The notes beneath the pieces were generated by a model. It was not told where the DNA came from. It made no database searches and saw only the letters and a program-made list of their open reading frames with translations. Below, in pieces: positions 37,927-49,242 of a stretch of 64,000 bases of DNA (position 1 is the stretch's first letter; every line of letters starts with the position of its first letter). The stretch lies in NCBI GenBank assembly GCA_963734625.1, contig CAVTHW010000008.1, positions 53,715-117,714 on the forward strand, written 5' to 3'. The DNA comes from Bryobacterales bacterium. Lineage in GTDB: Bacteria > Acidobacteriota > Terriglobia > Bryobacterales > Bryobacteraceae. The translations under genes and the position numbers were made by a program.

Positions 37927-39285
37927 CTACATGCTGGTGGCCAAGGCGTCGGTCCGCCAGGGCTCCCGGTACGCCCGGCTGCGCATGCGGTTGGCCTCTT
38001 CGTCATTCACGAAGGCACGCTTGGCCGGATCCCAGGTCAGCTTGCGGCCCAGTTGACAGGCAATGTAGGCGGCATGGGAAGTGACGTGCGCGTTGCATGT
38101 GGACACGTGGTTGGCCCTGGGCGGCACCCGCGACCGGATGCTATTGAGCCAGTCCTGGATGTGCCTGGAGGGGTCGGTTCCGCGCATGTTGACCGGCTGG
38201 TAGTACCGTTTGAGGTTCTCGGACATTTCCATCTTGCCCGTGTCGCCCGTCTCGATCCAGCCCTCGGTTCCCTCGAACCGCGCGGAGCAGGTTCCCATGC
38301 CCAGCCACTCCTGGTCCCGCATGATCAACCTCAAACCGTTGGCGTAGCGGGCATACACGTAGTTGCTGTTCGGTTTCGGCTCGTACTCGACGGCCTGGGT
38401 GTGATCCATATCGGCGGCAAACTGGCAAATGTCAACCGTGTGCGAGGCCCACTCGAGAATGCCGCCATGGAAATCCCAGAATTGGCCCCTGCCGCCATCC
38501 GGGTACCGGGCGTTGTACGGCCGCCACGGACACGGACCGAGCCATCCGTCCCAATCGAGGACCAGCGGATTCGGCTCCGGCTTCTCTTCGGGCCACCAAC
38601 TGTGGCGCAACGGGGTTAAGGTTCTCTGGGTATTGGCGTGCACGGCCAGCAATCTGCCGAGCTTGCCGCTGCGGGCCAATCCCACGGCCAGCTCGAAGTT
38701 GGGGACATTGCGCCGCTGGCAGCCCGCCTGGTACATAACTCCATAGCGGCGGACATTGTCGGCCATCGCGTAGCTCTCCGCGATCGTGATGGCGGCGGGC
38801 TTCTCGGTGTAGATGTCCTTACCGGACTGAGCCGCCCAGATCGCCATACAGGCGTGCCAGCGGTCGCTGGTCGCGATCATGACGGCTTCGATGTCCTCGC
38901 GGGCCAGCAACTCTCCGTCATCGCGGTACATGACGCAGTTGCCGTTTCCGTAATGCTGGTCCACTATGCTCTTGACACTCTCGCGGGCGTCCTCGCGGAT
39001 GTCCGCGATGGCCACGAATTGCACCCGCGGATCGGGGAGCAGTGATCTCAAATCCTCCCGGCCGCGGCCGCGGAGTCCAATGCCACCGATGATGATCCGG
39101 TCGCTGGGCGCCACCGGGGCCGCTTGGCCCCCCCCTCGGCCTGGGGCTTGGCCCGCGGGCTGACTCGGAGCTTGGCCCCCGAGTTGGCCCAGCGCAGACC
39201 TGGGAACAAACATGGGCGCCGCCACCGCGGCTCCGGCTGCGGCCACAAACTTTCGCCGCGAAGCTGTCCCACTTCCTTTTGTCAT
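37927..39285 (-). CDS. Gfo/Idh/MocA-family oxidoreductase with Tat signal, copy 1
   Basis: SRRKFVAAAGAAVAAP twin-arginine signal. Rossmann IGGIGLRGRG... ..EKPAAITIAE.. motif. Confidence 0.85.
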   Translation of the reverse strand: MTKGSGTASRRKFVAAAGAAVAAPMFVPRSALGQLGGQAPSQPAGQAPGRGGGQAAPVAPSDRIIIGGIGLRGRGREDLRSLLPDPRVQFVAIADIREDARESVKSIVDQHYGNGNCVMYRDDGELLAREDIEAVMIATSDRWHACMAIWAAQSGKDIYTEKPAAITIAESYAMADNVRRYGVMYQAGCQRRNVPNFELAVGLARSGKLGRLLAVHANTQRTLTPLRHSWWPEEKPEPNPLVLDWDGWLGPCPWRPYNARYPDGGRGQFWDFHGGILEWASHTVDICQFAADMDHTQAVEYEPKPNSNYVYARYANGLRLIMRDQEWLGMGTCSARFEGTEGWIETGDTGKMEMSENLKRYYQPVNMRGTDPSRHIQDWLNSIRSRVPPRANHVSTCNAHVTSHAAYIACQLGRKLTWDPAKRAFVNDEEANRMRSRAYREPWRTDALATSM

Positions 39286-39377
39286 CGTCCTTCTCCTAAG
39301 CTGTGAAACCCACCCCGCGCGATGCGGAGTTCAACGCAGCAGGTTGCCGCTTGAAGGCGCGAACAACAATGGTCGAA

Positions 39378-40136
39378 TCAGGCCGCTGGCGCGGGCAGGG
39401 TGGCATTCAGGGTACGAATGGCCGCCAGCCGGACGACCTTGGGCATCGAGGCCCCGGTCAGGGCGTTGTACATCTCCAAAGCCTGCGCGCGATTGGATGC
39501 CATCAGGCCATCCGCGCAAACCAGGGCGGCACGGGCCACCACGGGTAAGATCGGAGGCTTGGTGCGGCCCAGCGCCTCGCGCAGGAGCTTGGCGGCGGGC
39601 AGGCCGCCGATGGTCCCCACCGAGGCCGAGGCCGCCTGGGCGATTTCGACATCGCTGCTATTCATCAGCTTCCCCAGGGCGTCCATCGCTTTGGCGTCCT
39701 TACGCACTCCGATGGAGTGAATGACACCCATCTGCAGCCGGCCTTTGAGCTTCGGCAGCGCGGCCCGCAGGGCGTCGTCCACCGCTGGATCGGGATTTGG
39801 TTCCAGGCCGAATCGGGCGTAGTGGCCGAGCCGCTCCTCGCCCAACAGCGCCGCCAGCGGCGCTATCGATTCTTTGCCGCCCACCTGCGCCAGCTTCTTG
39901 CAGGCGATGGCCTTCTGAAACAGCGTCGAGCTCGGGTTCTTCAACATCGCGATGAGCTTGGGCTGGTCCAGTGCCCAGATCGGAGCGGCATCTAATTCAG
40001 GAAGAATAGGCGGCGCCGCTGCACGTCCGGCCCCTCCACGGGCTGGGGCTGCTCCCGGCGCTTGTCCCGGTGCCGCCGCTCCGCCTCGTCCCGGCGCTCC
40101 CGGCGTTGGTTGCGTTTGTCCAGGTGCTTGTTGCAT
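39378..40136 (-). CDS. HEAT-repeat protein, copy 2 (intact)
   Basis: 252-aa ORF. The last 197 aa differ from copy 1 at one residue. Repeated ..A..AL..lg...a...L helix-pair pattern. No signal peptide. Confidence 0.75.
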   Translation of the reverse strand: MQQAPGQTQPTPGAPGRGGAAAPGQAPGAAPARGGAGRAAAPPILPELDAAPIWALDQPKLIAMLKNPSSTLFQKAIACKKLAQVGGKESIAPLAALLGEERLGHYARFGLEPNPDPAVDDALRAALPKLKGRLQMGVIHSIGVRKDAKAMDALGKLMNSSDVEIAQAASASVGTIGGLPAAKLLREALGRTKPPILPVVARAALVCADGLMASNRAQALEMYNALTGASMPKVVRLAAIRTLNATLPAPAA

Positions 40137-40168
40137 GTTCTTAATCCCCTTATCCTTAACCCTGTTCC

Positions 40169-41554
40169 CTACATGCTGGTGGCCAAGGCGTCAGTCCGCC
40201 AGGGCTCCCGGTATGCACGGCTTCGCATGCGGTTGGCTTCTTCGTCATTCACGAACGCACGCTTGGCCGGATCCCAGGTCAGCTTGCGGCCCAGTTGACA
40301 GGCAATGTAGGCCGCGTGGGAAGTGACGTGCGCGTTGCATGTGGACACGTGATTGGCCCTCGGCGGCACGCGCGACCGGATGCTGTTGAGCCAGTCCTGG
40401 ATGTGCCTGGAGGGGTCCGTTCCGCGCATGTTGACCGGCTGGTAGTACCGGCGGAGGTTTTCGGACATTTCCATCTTGCCGCTGTCGCCCGTCTCAATCC
40501 AGCCCTCGGTTCCCTCGAACCGCACCCGGCACGTTCCCAATTCCAGCCAGCCGTCGCCGCGCATCACCAGCCTCACGCCGTTGGCGTAGCGGGAGTACAC
40601 GTGACTGGTACCGGCCTTCGGCTCGTATTCGACGGCCTGGGTATTATCCATATCGGCGGCCCACTGACAAATGTCCACCGTGTGCGAGGCCCACTCGAGA
40701 ATGCCGCCATGGAAATCCCAAAATGCGCTTCGGCCGCCGTCCGGGTACCGGGCGTTGTACGGCCGCCAGCAACACGGACCGAGCCACCCCTCCCAATCGA
40801 GGACCAGCGGATTCGGCTCCGGCTTCTCTTCGGGCCACCAACTGTGACCCAACGGAGTCAAAGTTCGCGACCAATCATCGGCATGCACCGCCAACAGCCG
40901 CCCCAGCTTGCCGCTGCGGGCCAGTCCCACGGCCAATTCGAAGTTGGGCACATTGCGCCGCTGGCAGCCCGCCTGGTACATCACCCCGTAACGGCGGACA
41001 TTGTCAGCCATCGCGTAGGCCTCCGCAATCGTAATGGCGGCGGGCTTCTCGGTGTAGATATCTTTGCCCGATTGAGCCGCCCAGATCGCCATACAGGCGT
41101 GCCAGCGGTCGCTGGTCGCGATCATGACGGCTTCGATGTCCTCGCGGGCCAGTAACTCTCCGTCATCGTGGTACATGACGCAGTTGCCGTTTCCGTACTT
41201 CTTATCGACGACGCTCTTGACGCTCTCGCGGGCCGACTCACGAATGTCGGAGATGGCCACGAACTGCACCCGTGGATCCACAAGCACCGAATTCAGATCC
41301 TGCATGCCGCGGTTGCGAAGCCCGATTCCGCCGATCACAATTCGATCGCTGGGCGCCACCGGGCCCGCCGCTTGGCCCCCTCCTCGGCCTGGGGCTTGGC
41401 CTGGGGCTTGGCCCGCCGGCTGGCTCGGGGCTTGGCCTCCGAGTTGGCCCAGCGCAGACCTGGGAATGATCATGGGCGCAGCGGCCACAGCGCTGGCCTG
41501 AGCTACGGCTTTTCCGAATCCTCGCCGCGAAATGCTCTTCTTCGCTTCCGCCAT
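40169..41554 (-). CDS. Gfo/Idh/MocA-family oxidoreductase with Tat signal, copy 2
   Basis: SRRGFGKAVAQASAVAAAP Tat signal. Collinear with copy 1 but with many substitutions. Confidence 0.85.
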   Translation of the reverse strand: MAEAKKSISRRGFGKAVAQASAVAAAPMIIPRSALGQLGGQAPSQPAGQAPGQAPGRGGGQAAGPVAPSDRIVIGGIGLRNRGMQDLNSVLVDPRVQFVAISDIRESARESVKSVVDKKYGNGNCVMYHDDGELLAREDIEAVMIATSDRWHACMAIWAAQSGKDIYTEKPAAITIAEAYAMADNVRRYGVMYQAGCQRRNVPNFELAVGLARSGKLGRLLAVHADDWSRTLTPLGHSWWPEEKPEPNPLVLDWEGWLGPCCWRPYNARYPDGGRSAFWDFHGGILEWASHTVDICQWAADMDNTQAVEYEPKAGTSHVYSRYANGVRLVMRGDGWLELGTCRVRFEGTEGWIETGDSGKMEMSENLRRYYQPVNMRGTDPSRHIQDWLNSIRSRVPPRANHVSTCNAHVTSHAAYIACQLGRKLTWDPAKRAFVNDEEANRMRSRAYREPWRTDALATSM

Positions 41555-41656
41555 TCTTTCCTCCTAGGATGATTTCGAAGCTCTCCGATCTTCGTTGGGG
41601 ACTATATCACGTCGCGCTTCCGGGTTCAAGCCCAAGAAAGCTGCGAGACCGCAATG

Positions 41657-42715
41657 TCAGTCCCAGCCGTGCGCTTTGCGGACGGCGATCATGGTGGCCA
41701 GAATCTCGTTCCAGATCTGCTGGCCCAGCAGAACCGAGTTCGGAAACATGCAGCCGTCCCAGCAGATATGCGCCAAAACGCGAGTCGGGTTTCCGCTTTC
41801 GTCGTGCATCCAGGCGCCCGCGTCACGCACGATGTCGAGCTTTCCGTTGGGGTCCAGCGGCTGGCAGTGCCGGCCGGTTTTGTCGTGCGAGCCCGAGCCC
41901 TTCACCGTTCCGTCGTTCTGGGCGATGTGCAGATCGATGGTCCAGGGTCGCAGAGCGCTGGCCATCTTACGGTACGCCTCGGCCAGCTTGTCCTTCCGTG
42001 ACCAATCGAAATCCTCTGGCAGCAGGCTGTCTTCGGGCGCGTTGTAACCCATGGTGAAAAGCATGGTGTGCGCCATGTCCGCCTGGAAGCCCAGGGTCTT
42101 AGGCCGGCCCACCATCTCCAGCAACTGCACGTTGCGCCGCCAACTGTGCATCCCGCCCCAGCAGATCTCGCCTTCGGCCGCCAGCCGTTCGCCGAAACCC
42201 TCGGCGATGCTGCTGGCCTCCCGGAACGTCTGCGCGATCCGCTTGGTGTTCTCCTCGGGATCCTTGGCCCACTCCTCGACGCCGGTCGCCGAGTCGATCC
42301 GGATCACTCCGTACTCCCGGATCTTAAGGTCGCGCAGCTTGCGCCCGATCCTGCAGGCCTTCTTCACCTGGGTCAGGAAGGCCGAACGCTGCGCTTCGTC
42401 CCCCATGGCCGAGCCGCCGCCCGTCCCGCCCCACACCGGGGCCACCAGCGAGCCCGCCTTCAGCTTCTTCGACGCCAGCTTTTCGGCCAGCGCCTTCAAC
42501 TCGTCGTCGGTAGAATCGATGTCGGTGTGCGGCAGTGACAGAAACAGATCCACGCCGTCGAACCGCACGCCGTCCACTTCGGCGGCGGCGGTCAGGTTCA
42601 GCATCGTGTCCAGATCAATCGGCGGTTCCGAGTCGGGGCCCTTCCCGACCAGTCCCGGCCACATCGCGTTGTGCACAGCGGGGTATTTGTGCGGACCTGG
42701 GTGGCTCATGCTCAT
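41657..42715 (-). CDS. xylose-isomerase-like TIM-barrel protein (sugar phosphate isomerase/epimerase family)
   Basis: Size and blocks (..FDGVDLF.., ..RIDSA.., ..[10 protein letters not shown].., ..DLHIAQNDG..) fit the AP-endonuclease-2/xylose-isomerase-like fold. Family assignment from memory. Confidence 0.7.
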   Translation of the reverse strand: MSMSHPGPHKYPAVHNAMWPGLVGKGPDSEPPIDLDTMLNLTAAAEVDGVRFDGVDLFLSLPHTDIDSTDDELKALAEKLASKKLKAGSLVAPVWGGTGGGSAMGDEAQRSAFLTQVKKACRIGRKLRDLKIREYGVIRIDSATGVEEWAKDPEENTKRIAQTFREASSIAEGFGERLAAEGEICWGGMHSWRRNVQLLEMVGRPKTLGFQADMAHTMLFTMGYNAPEDSLLPEDFDWSRKDKLAEAYRKMASALRPWTIDLHIAQNDGTVKGSGSHDKTGRHCQPLDPNGKLDIVRDAGAWMHDESGNPTRVLAHICWDGCMFPNSVLLGQQIWNEILATMIAVRKAHGWD

Positions 42716-42724
42716 CGTCTCCTT

Positions 42725-43891
42725 TTATACCTGTGGAATCTCGACCCAACTGCCCGAGCGCGCGCTCTCCAGCACCGCGTCGCACACTCTCTGCGTCTGC
42801 AGCCCGGTGCGAAAGTCCGGCTGCGCCGGCACGCCGCTCTCGATGCCCGCCACGAAATCCGCCAGTTGGTTCAGGAACGTGTGCTCGTATCCGATGCACG
42901 TCCCCGGAACCCAGTAGTGGCTCATGTAGGGGTGCTCGGAGTTGGTGACGTGGATCTTGCGCCAGCCGGTCAGATGGGATTCCATCTTCTTGCCCGACTG
43001 CAATTGCTTGTACTCGAAGAACTGGAGATACTCCGGCTCCTCCAGGTCGAAGTAAACGCTGCCGTCGGCCCCGTTCAGCTCGAAGGTGTTGAAGTTCTTC
43101 CGGCCGCGCGCATAACGCGTGGATTCGAACGTCCCCATCGAGCCGTTGGCGAACACCGCCAGGAACATGCAGGCATCGTCGATGCTCACCGCTTCCACCT
43201 TGCCGCTAATCGCGTGCTTGCGCTCCTTGACGAAGGTCTCGGTCTTGGCCGTCACCCGCGCGATGGGCCCGTTGAGCCACATCGCCGTGTCGATCGAGTG
43301 CGCCAGCAGGTCGCCCGTGACGCCGCTACCGGCGACTTTCGCGTCGAGCCGCCACAGCGCGTCGCCGCCCTGCGGCACGTCGGCCGAAATCGTCCAATCC
43401 TGCAAGTACGTCGCGCGGTAGTGAAACGCCCGCCCGATGCGTCCTTCGTCGATGATCTGCTTGGCCAGCGAGATCGAGGGCACCCGCCGGTAGTTGAACG
43501 AAATCAGGTTCGGAACTTTGGCCGCTTCCACCGCGCGCACCATCTCCTCGCCCTCGGCCGCGTTCATGGCCAGCGGTTTCTCGCAGATAATCATCTTGCC
43601 GGCTTTGGCCGCGGCAATCGCGATCTCCTTGTGCGCGAAATTCGGCACGCAGATGTCGATCAGATCGATATCCTTGGCGTCCATCAGCTTGTGCCAATCC
43701 GACTCGGCGCGCTCATAGCCCCAAATGTCCACCCACTGCTTCGCCTTATCCACTGCGACGTCGCAAATGGCCTTCAGCACCGGCCGGTGCTCGACCTGAA
43801 AAAAGTTATTAAGCCGCCGGTATGCGTTCGAGTGCGTGCGGCCCATGAAGCCGCATCCGATGAGACCAACTCCTATAGTTTTCGCTGCCAT
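42725..43891 (-). CDS. Gfo/Idh/MocA-family oxidoreductase (cytoplasmic, no signal)
   Basis: ATG at 43891 with GGAGAGGAAG upstream. IGVGLIGCGFMGRTHS Rossmann motif and ..CEKPLAMN.. motif. Confidence 0.85.
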   Translation of the reverse strand: MAAKTIGVGLIGCGFMGRTHSNAYRRLNNFFQVEHRPVLKAICDVAVDKAKQWVDIWGYERAESDWHKLMDAKDIDLIDICVPNFAHKEIAIAAAKAGKMIICEKPLAMNAAEGEEMVRAVEAAKVPNLISFNYRRVPSISLAKQIIDEGRIGRAFHYRATYLQDWTISADVPQGGDALWRLDAKVAGSGVTGDLLAHSIDTAMWLNGPIARVTAKTETFVKERKHAISGKVEAVSIDDACMFLAVFANGSMGTFESTRYARGRKNFNTFELNGADGSVYFDLEEPEYLQFFEYKQLQSGKKMESHLTGWRKIHVTNSEHPYMSHYWVPGTCIGYEHTFLNQLADFVAGIESGVPAQPDFRTGLQTQRVCDAVLESARSGSWVEIPQV

Positions 43892-43920
43892 ATCTTCCTC
43901 TCCTTCTTCGATCAATTGGA

Positions 43921-45088
43921 TCACTTGGTCTTGCTTGCCGCGACGGGACGCGCCGGGGCAGGCTTCCTGGTGAGATTCTCAAACAGGAAGAGCCCGCTCT
44001 TGCCGGCACAGGCGAAATCGATGTCCCCGTCTCCGTCAATGTCGGCCGCCGGAATCTCCATGCCGCCGCCGATGCGTCCACCGTATTCGATCACGTGACG
44101 TATCCAGCCGATGCTGCCGTTGGCTTGCTTGTAACGCTCGTACCAATACACGCCCAGTGGCTCGCGCTCACCCGGGTCGCCCCCGTTGTGGGCCATGAAA
44201 GCGCTTGCCTGTGAGGAGGTCGATCTGCCCGTCTCCATTCAGGTCCACGAGCGTCGTCGCGTGGGCTTGCGACCAGGCGTTGGCGTCGATCATGGATTTG
44301 GTCCACTTGCCGTCTTGGGTCTGCCGCATCCAGAAAATGCCATAGTTGTGGCCGTAGCTGGTGACGATGTCGTTCCTGCCGTCGCCGTCCACGTCGAGGA
44401 CATGCAGAAAGCCCAGGTTCTTCTCGCTCCAGTCGGGGTGAAACTTCCAGTCGCCGCTCTGTGGATCAGGCGGGGCCTCAAGCCAGCCCTGGGAAGTCAG
44501 GATGTCGGTTCGGCGGTCGCCGTTCACGTCGCCCGCTCCGATGCCCTCCCAGTAGCTCTGCTGGCTGACGACATGCTTCATCCAGGCGCCGTCCTTGACC
44601 TCATACCACGCCAGCGGCCCGCTGCTCGGCTGCGGCAGCACTTCCTGCGCCTTGCCGTCGTTGTTGAGGTCGGCCAGGAGCGCGAACTCGATCGACGCCC
44701 CCGAGTCGACCGGCGCTTCCACCCAGGCGCCACCGCTCTTGCCGGGGTTCTTCCACCAGGCGGTCTTGCGCGCGAACCAACTCACGGACACTATGTCGGG
44801 ATAGCCGTCGCCGTTAACGTCCACCGCCATGTCGCTGAAATCGTCGAGGTAGTTACTGCTGAAACCGAGATCCCGGAAATGGTGCTGCTTCCACGCTGGC
44901 GCCTCATACCAGTTCTCGCCGGAGACTACGTCGAGCCGCCCGTCTTTATTGATGTCGGCGAAAGTGCATGCTTCGCTCGATCCCAGATCGAGGGTCTGGA
45001 CCTTGAATGCTATTTCAGTTGACCGGCCGGCTCCAAGTAAGAGAATTCCGGCTGCCAGGGAGAGAAGCAAGAACGTGACAATGCGCAT
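43921..45088 (-). CDS. FG-GAP/VCBS-repeat protein with signal peptide, frame broken near 44197
   Basis: Repeated D.N.DG..D(I/V/L) motifs. ..LLTGKRF then continues as MAHNGGDPGEREPLGVYWYE.. in the other frame (ORFs 44168..45088 and 43921..44238). Confidence 0.75.
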
Positions 45089-45544
45089 CGCACTTCCTCT
45101 TTCTTCTTTCTTACCTGCCCGTGGGAAGACCTTCTGCTCGCGAACCCACGTCCGTCCGCGGTCCCGATTTTACCAGGGACCGTCCAGAGCGTCAACGAGG
45201 TCCTTGCGCGCCGAACGGCGTACTGCTTTTAAATGGGCACAAATACAGCCTTTCCAGGATGGGCTGGACGACAAGCCGCGTTTAGGATCTATAGAGACTG
45301 AGTTTCAGGGCGAAAGAGTCTAAGAAGGGGTTTAGGCGATGTCGTTCCATAACGGCGATGCATTTTGTCTGCTTTCTGCTGCTCCTGTGCGGAAGCGGGT
45401 GCGTCCACGCACTATGCTCCCTACGTACAAGGTTCAGGAGCATAGCGGGCGGCCACTTTGCCCAGCCTCACCCAGACTTCGGGACCGGGCCGGGGTGGAA
45501 TTTCTGAGATCAGTCAACATCGCAACGTATACGGGGAGAGTTGC

Positions 45545-48500
45545 ATGAAATTCACACGAGTTTTTCTTTGCTTATTGTTTGGGCTGCTGGCCATGTTGCC
45601 GGCTGCCTACGGGCAGGCCGTCAGCGGCCAGGTTTCCGGCCGCGTAGTCGATCCCGGCGGCGCAGTCGTCGCCGGCGCCAAGGTCCAGTTGATCAACGAG
45701 GTCTCGCAGGCGGCCCGCGACTTCACCGCGGATAACACTGGAACCTTTATGTACACGAACGTGATGCCGGGCAGCTACACTCTTCGCGTCGTGCAGCAAG
45801 GATTCAAGACCTATGACCAGAAGGGGATCACGCTCGGCGCGCAGGAGAGGATTGCGCTGGGCGATCTCAAGCTGGACCTCGGTGAAATGAGTACCACGGT
45901 GGAGGTTAGCGCCCAAGCTGTGCGCGTCGCCACCGACAGCTCGGACCGCTCCGTGAGCATCGCTCTAATGCAGATCCAGGATACACCGCTGCGGGGCAGG
46001 AATCCCCTGTCGCTCATTCTGACACTGCCTGGAGTGCAGACTCTCTCCTCCAGTGACGGTCGTGGTTGGGGGGGCGGAGGCGTCCCTGGGATCAACGGCG
46101 GCCAGACCGGCCAGACGATCCTCAACCTCGATGGCGTGGCTAGCCAGGATTCCGGGAACTTGAACCCCGGATACCTCTCGCCCAGCGTGGATGCCATCGG
46201 CGAAGTGAGACTGCTGGTGTCCAACTTCACCGCGGAGTACGGTGGGCGCACCGGCGGCCAGTTCAACATCACCATCAAGAGCGGCAACTCCGCCTTCCAC
46301 GGCGGCCTCTACATGTACTGGCGGAACGAGTTCTTCAACGCCAACGAGTGGTTCAACAACCGGAACGGCTCGAAGTTTGACGTGGACGGTAAGACGTTGA
46401 TTCCGGTGACAAAGAGGCCTAGGTATCGCTATTACAATCCCGGCGGCACCATTGGCGGCCCGCTCATCATCCCCGGCACCAACTTCAACAAGAGCCGCAC
46501 CAAGCTGTTCTTCTTTTTCTCGTATGACTATACAGGCAACAAGGCTCAGATCACCAATACGTATACGATGCCTACGTTGCTGGAGCGGCAGGGCAATTTC
46601 TCCCAAACGGTGACGACCGCCGGCAAGCAGATTCCGATATACGATCCATCGACCAAGCTGCAGTATCCCGGTAACATCGTAACCACCCCGATCAGCCCCG
46701 CCGGACTGGCGATGCTGAATCTGTTCCCACTTCCGGACCCCGCTGGGCTGGCTCTCGACCCGTCAGGCGGTCGCCGGTACAATTTCCGGGCCATCCTTCC
46801 ACGGGACCAACCAAACGATGACAAGATCCTGCGGGTGGACTACAATCTGGGACCGAAGTCGATCATCTACGTTCGCTTGATGCAGGACTACCAGGCGCAG
46901 GACGGCTACGGCGGCACAACCGGCCCCCCCGGCGCCGGCTGGGGACAGTTTGCCCACAGCTATCACATCCAGGCGGCCGGGGCGGTTGGAACGTTCATCT
47001 ACACGTTCACGCCAACCCTGATTAACGAGGCCACCTGGGGCGCGAACCGCGGCAAACAAGGCAACAATCCGTTGGATATAGTAGCTACTACCGCGGTGGG
47101 CGGCGCTCGAACGTATGCGGACAGTCTGCTTCCGCTGAAGGACACCAGTGGCAATGCGATCACGTTGCCGCGCATTAACAAAGGCAGTAACCTCTCTTTC
47201 TTCGGCGGGTACCTCAAGCCCAGCGTCAGCTTTGGCACCGGCGGGGGCGTTAGCGCGCAATCAGGGGGCCAGGGCGTCAGTTCGGCCCCGGGCTTCAGTC
47301 ATGACAGCCGCTGGCCGTTCTTCGGCACGGATCTGGTTCAGTCCATCAGCGACAAGATCACCTGGGTCAAGGGTTCCCACAATGTGAAGGCCGGAATCTA
47401 CATCGAGCGCATGGCCCGCAACGTGAGCGTCTACTCGCAATTCAACGTCGCGGGGAGCTACTACTTCGGGTCCGACCGGGCCTACGCCCTGGACACCGGG
47501 TATCCCTATTCCAATGCGCTGATCGGCAGCGTTTTTGCCTACGGCGACGACAACCGGAAGCAGGTAAACCATGCGCGCTACACCCAGGTCGAATGGTTCG
47601 GGCAGGACACCTGGAAGATTGGCCGCCAGCTAACGGTGGACTACGGCGCGCGGTTCCACAGGGTGGGCGACCTTTACTCGGCCGGCGCCACGATGTCGTT
47701 CTTCGACCAGGCAAGTTACAATGCCAGCAATATCGGACAGCTTCTGTTCCCGGCTTGCCCCGGAGGGGCGTCCTCTTGTTCCTCGGCAACCAAGATTGCG
47801 ATCAATCCGGTGACTGGCGCGACGTTCCCGAACATACGGCAGGGAACGTTCGACACCGCCTCGTATCCGGCGGGGGGCCTACCCTGGCAGTCGGGGCTCA
47901 AGTCGTACGACACCCATTTCTGGAAGACGCCCCCGATCCAGTTCGGGCCGCGCATCGGCTTCGCGTATGACGTTTTCGGAAACGGCAAGACAGCCGTTCG
48001 CGGCGGGTATGGCACCACCGTGGGCCGCAACTGGACCGTGGACGACATCGGCGAAGGGCTGCGGACGCCTCCGAACCTGGTGGCCCCCGTCATCCTGTAC
48101 ACGACCTTCGACAGTCTGGCGAACGCGCAGACATATTTTACGCCGCAGAACTTCCAGGGCGGGTCGGTGGACCAGAAGGTAATCACCACCCACAACTGGA
48201 GCTTTGGCGTCCAGCAGGATGTCAGCCACGGAATGATTCTGGACGTATCTTATGTGGGCAACAACGTTCGCAACGGCTACGGGAAAGCAATCGACCTGAA
48301 TGCCATACCGCCGTATACGGTCTGGAATCCCACGGACGGCTTGGTTGCGAAGTACAAAGATCCCACGTCTTCCGGGTACTACTCCACCAACTTGATTCGA
48401 TCAATGGTGGGGTATAGTGGATTTGCAAACATCCCCTCCTCGACCTACATCAGAAGGGCACACTACAACGCTCTCCAGGTACAGTTGAACCGGCGCACCG

Positions 48501-49223
48501 GCAGGTTGCAGTGGAACCTGAATTACACCTGGGCGAAGCAGATCACTTATCCGAATTCGACGGGCTATCAGTGGGCTTCCCAAGCGGCCGGCAAGGATAT
48601 CAGCGGCCGCAAGCACGCCGTAAATTTCAATTTCGGCTACGGGTTGCCCAGCCCCAGCAGTCTGTTGGGTGGCAATGTGGTCGTCAAACACGTGCTCGAT
48701 GGCTGGCGGCTGGCCGGAAACGGAGCAATTTTCTCCGGCAATCCGTTTGGCGTCAGTTGCGGCGCGTCAGAGCGCCCCGGCCGGCTATTGGACCGGAACT
48801 CCCACCGGGGGCCTTCCGTTCCGCTGCCAAATGGGGAACAACCCCTGGCTTCCCGCGGGTCAGTATCCGTCGGCCACCGAGAGTCCCAAGTTGCAGTGGG
48901 CCTTGAATCCGGCCAACTTCACGCTTCCGGACATCAATTCTAAGGGCTACGGCAACACGCCGGGCACTCTGTTCTTTGGGCCGGGGGCGTTCAACCTCGA
49001 CCTGTCCCTGGCGAAGGACTTCAGGATGGGAGCGGAAGGACGCAACCTGGAGTTGAAGATGGAAACCTTCAACACTCTGAACCACTTCAATCCCAGCAAC
49101 CCCAGCACCTCTCTGACCTACAACTTCAATACCGGCGCCCAAACCAACTCCAACTTCGGTGTGATCAGCGGCAACCAGGTTGGGGCCCGCCGCGTGATTC
49201 TGTCGCTCAGATTCCGTTTCTAG
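45545..49223 (+). CDS. CarboxypepD_reg-domain TonB-dependent-receptor-like outer-membrane protein, copy 1 (one frame break near 48770)
   Basis: Signal peptide MKFTRVFLCLLFGLLAMLPAAYGQ. ..GRVVDPGGAVVAGAKVQL.. Ig-like domain, plug-like DTPLRGRNP, C-terminal ..RRVILSLRFRF. 3679 nt, i.e. 3678 + 1. Confidence 0.85.
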
Positions 49224-49242
49224 TGTGACCCTCTTCCGGCTT

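Larger units (their letters stand above)
37180..41560. repeat. tandem duplication (unit about 2.19 kb) of [Tat Gfo/Idh/MocA oxidoreductase + HEAT-repeat protein]
   Basis: 37201.. aligns with 39394.. at an offset of 2193 nt. Gene order and spacing are identical in both units. Confidence 0.9.

Noticed and set aside
37185-38006. The 273-aa version of the HEAT ORF, whose N-terminus overlaps the oxidoreductase gene
   Set aside because: Its first ~85 residues are Arg/Pro-rich nonsense created by the one-base insertion at 37779/80. Copy 2 shows the true N-terminus in the other frame.
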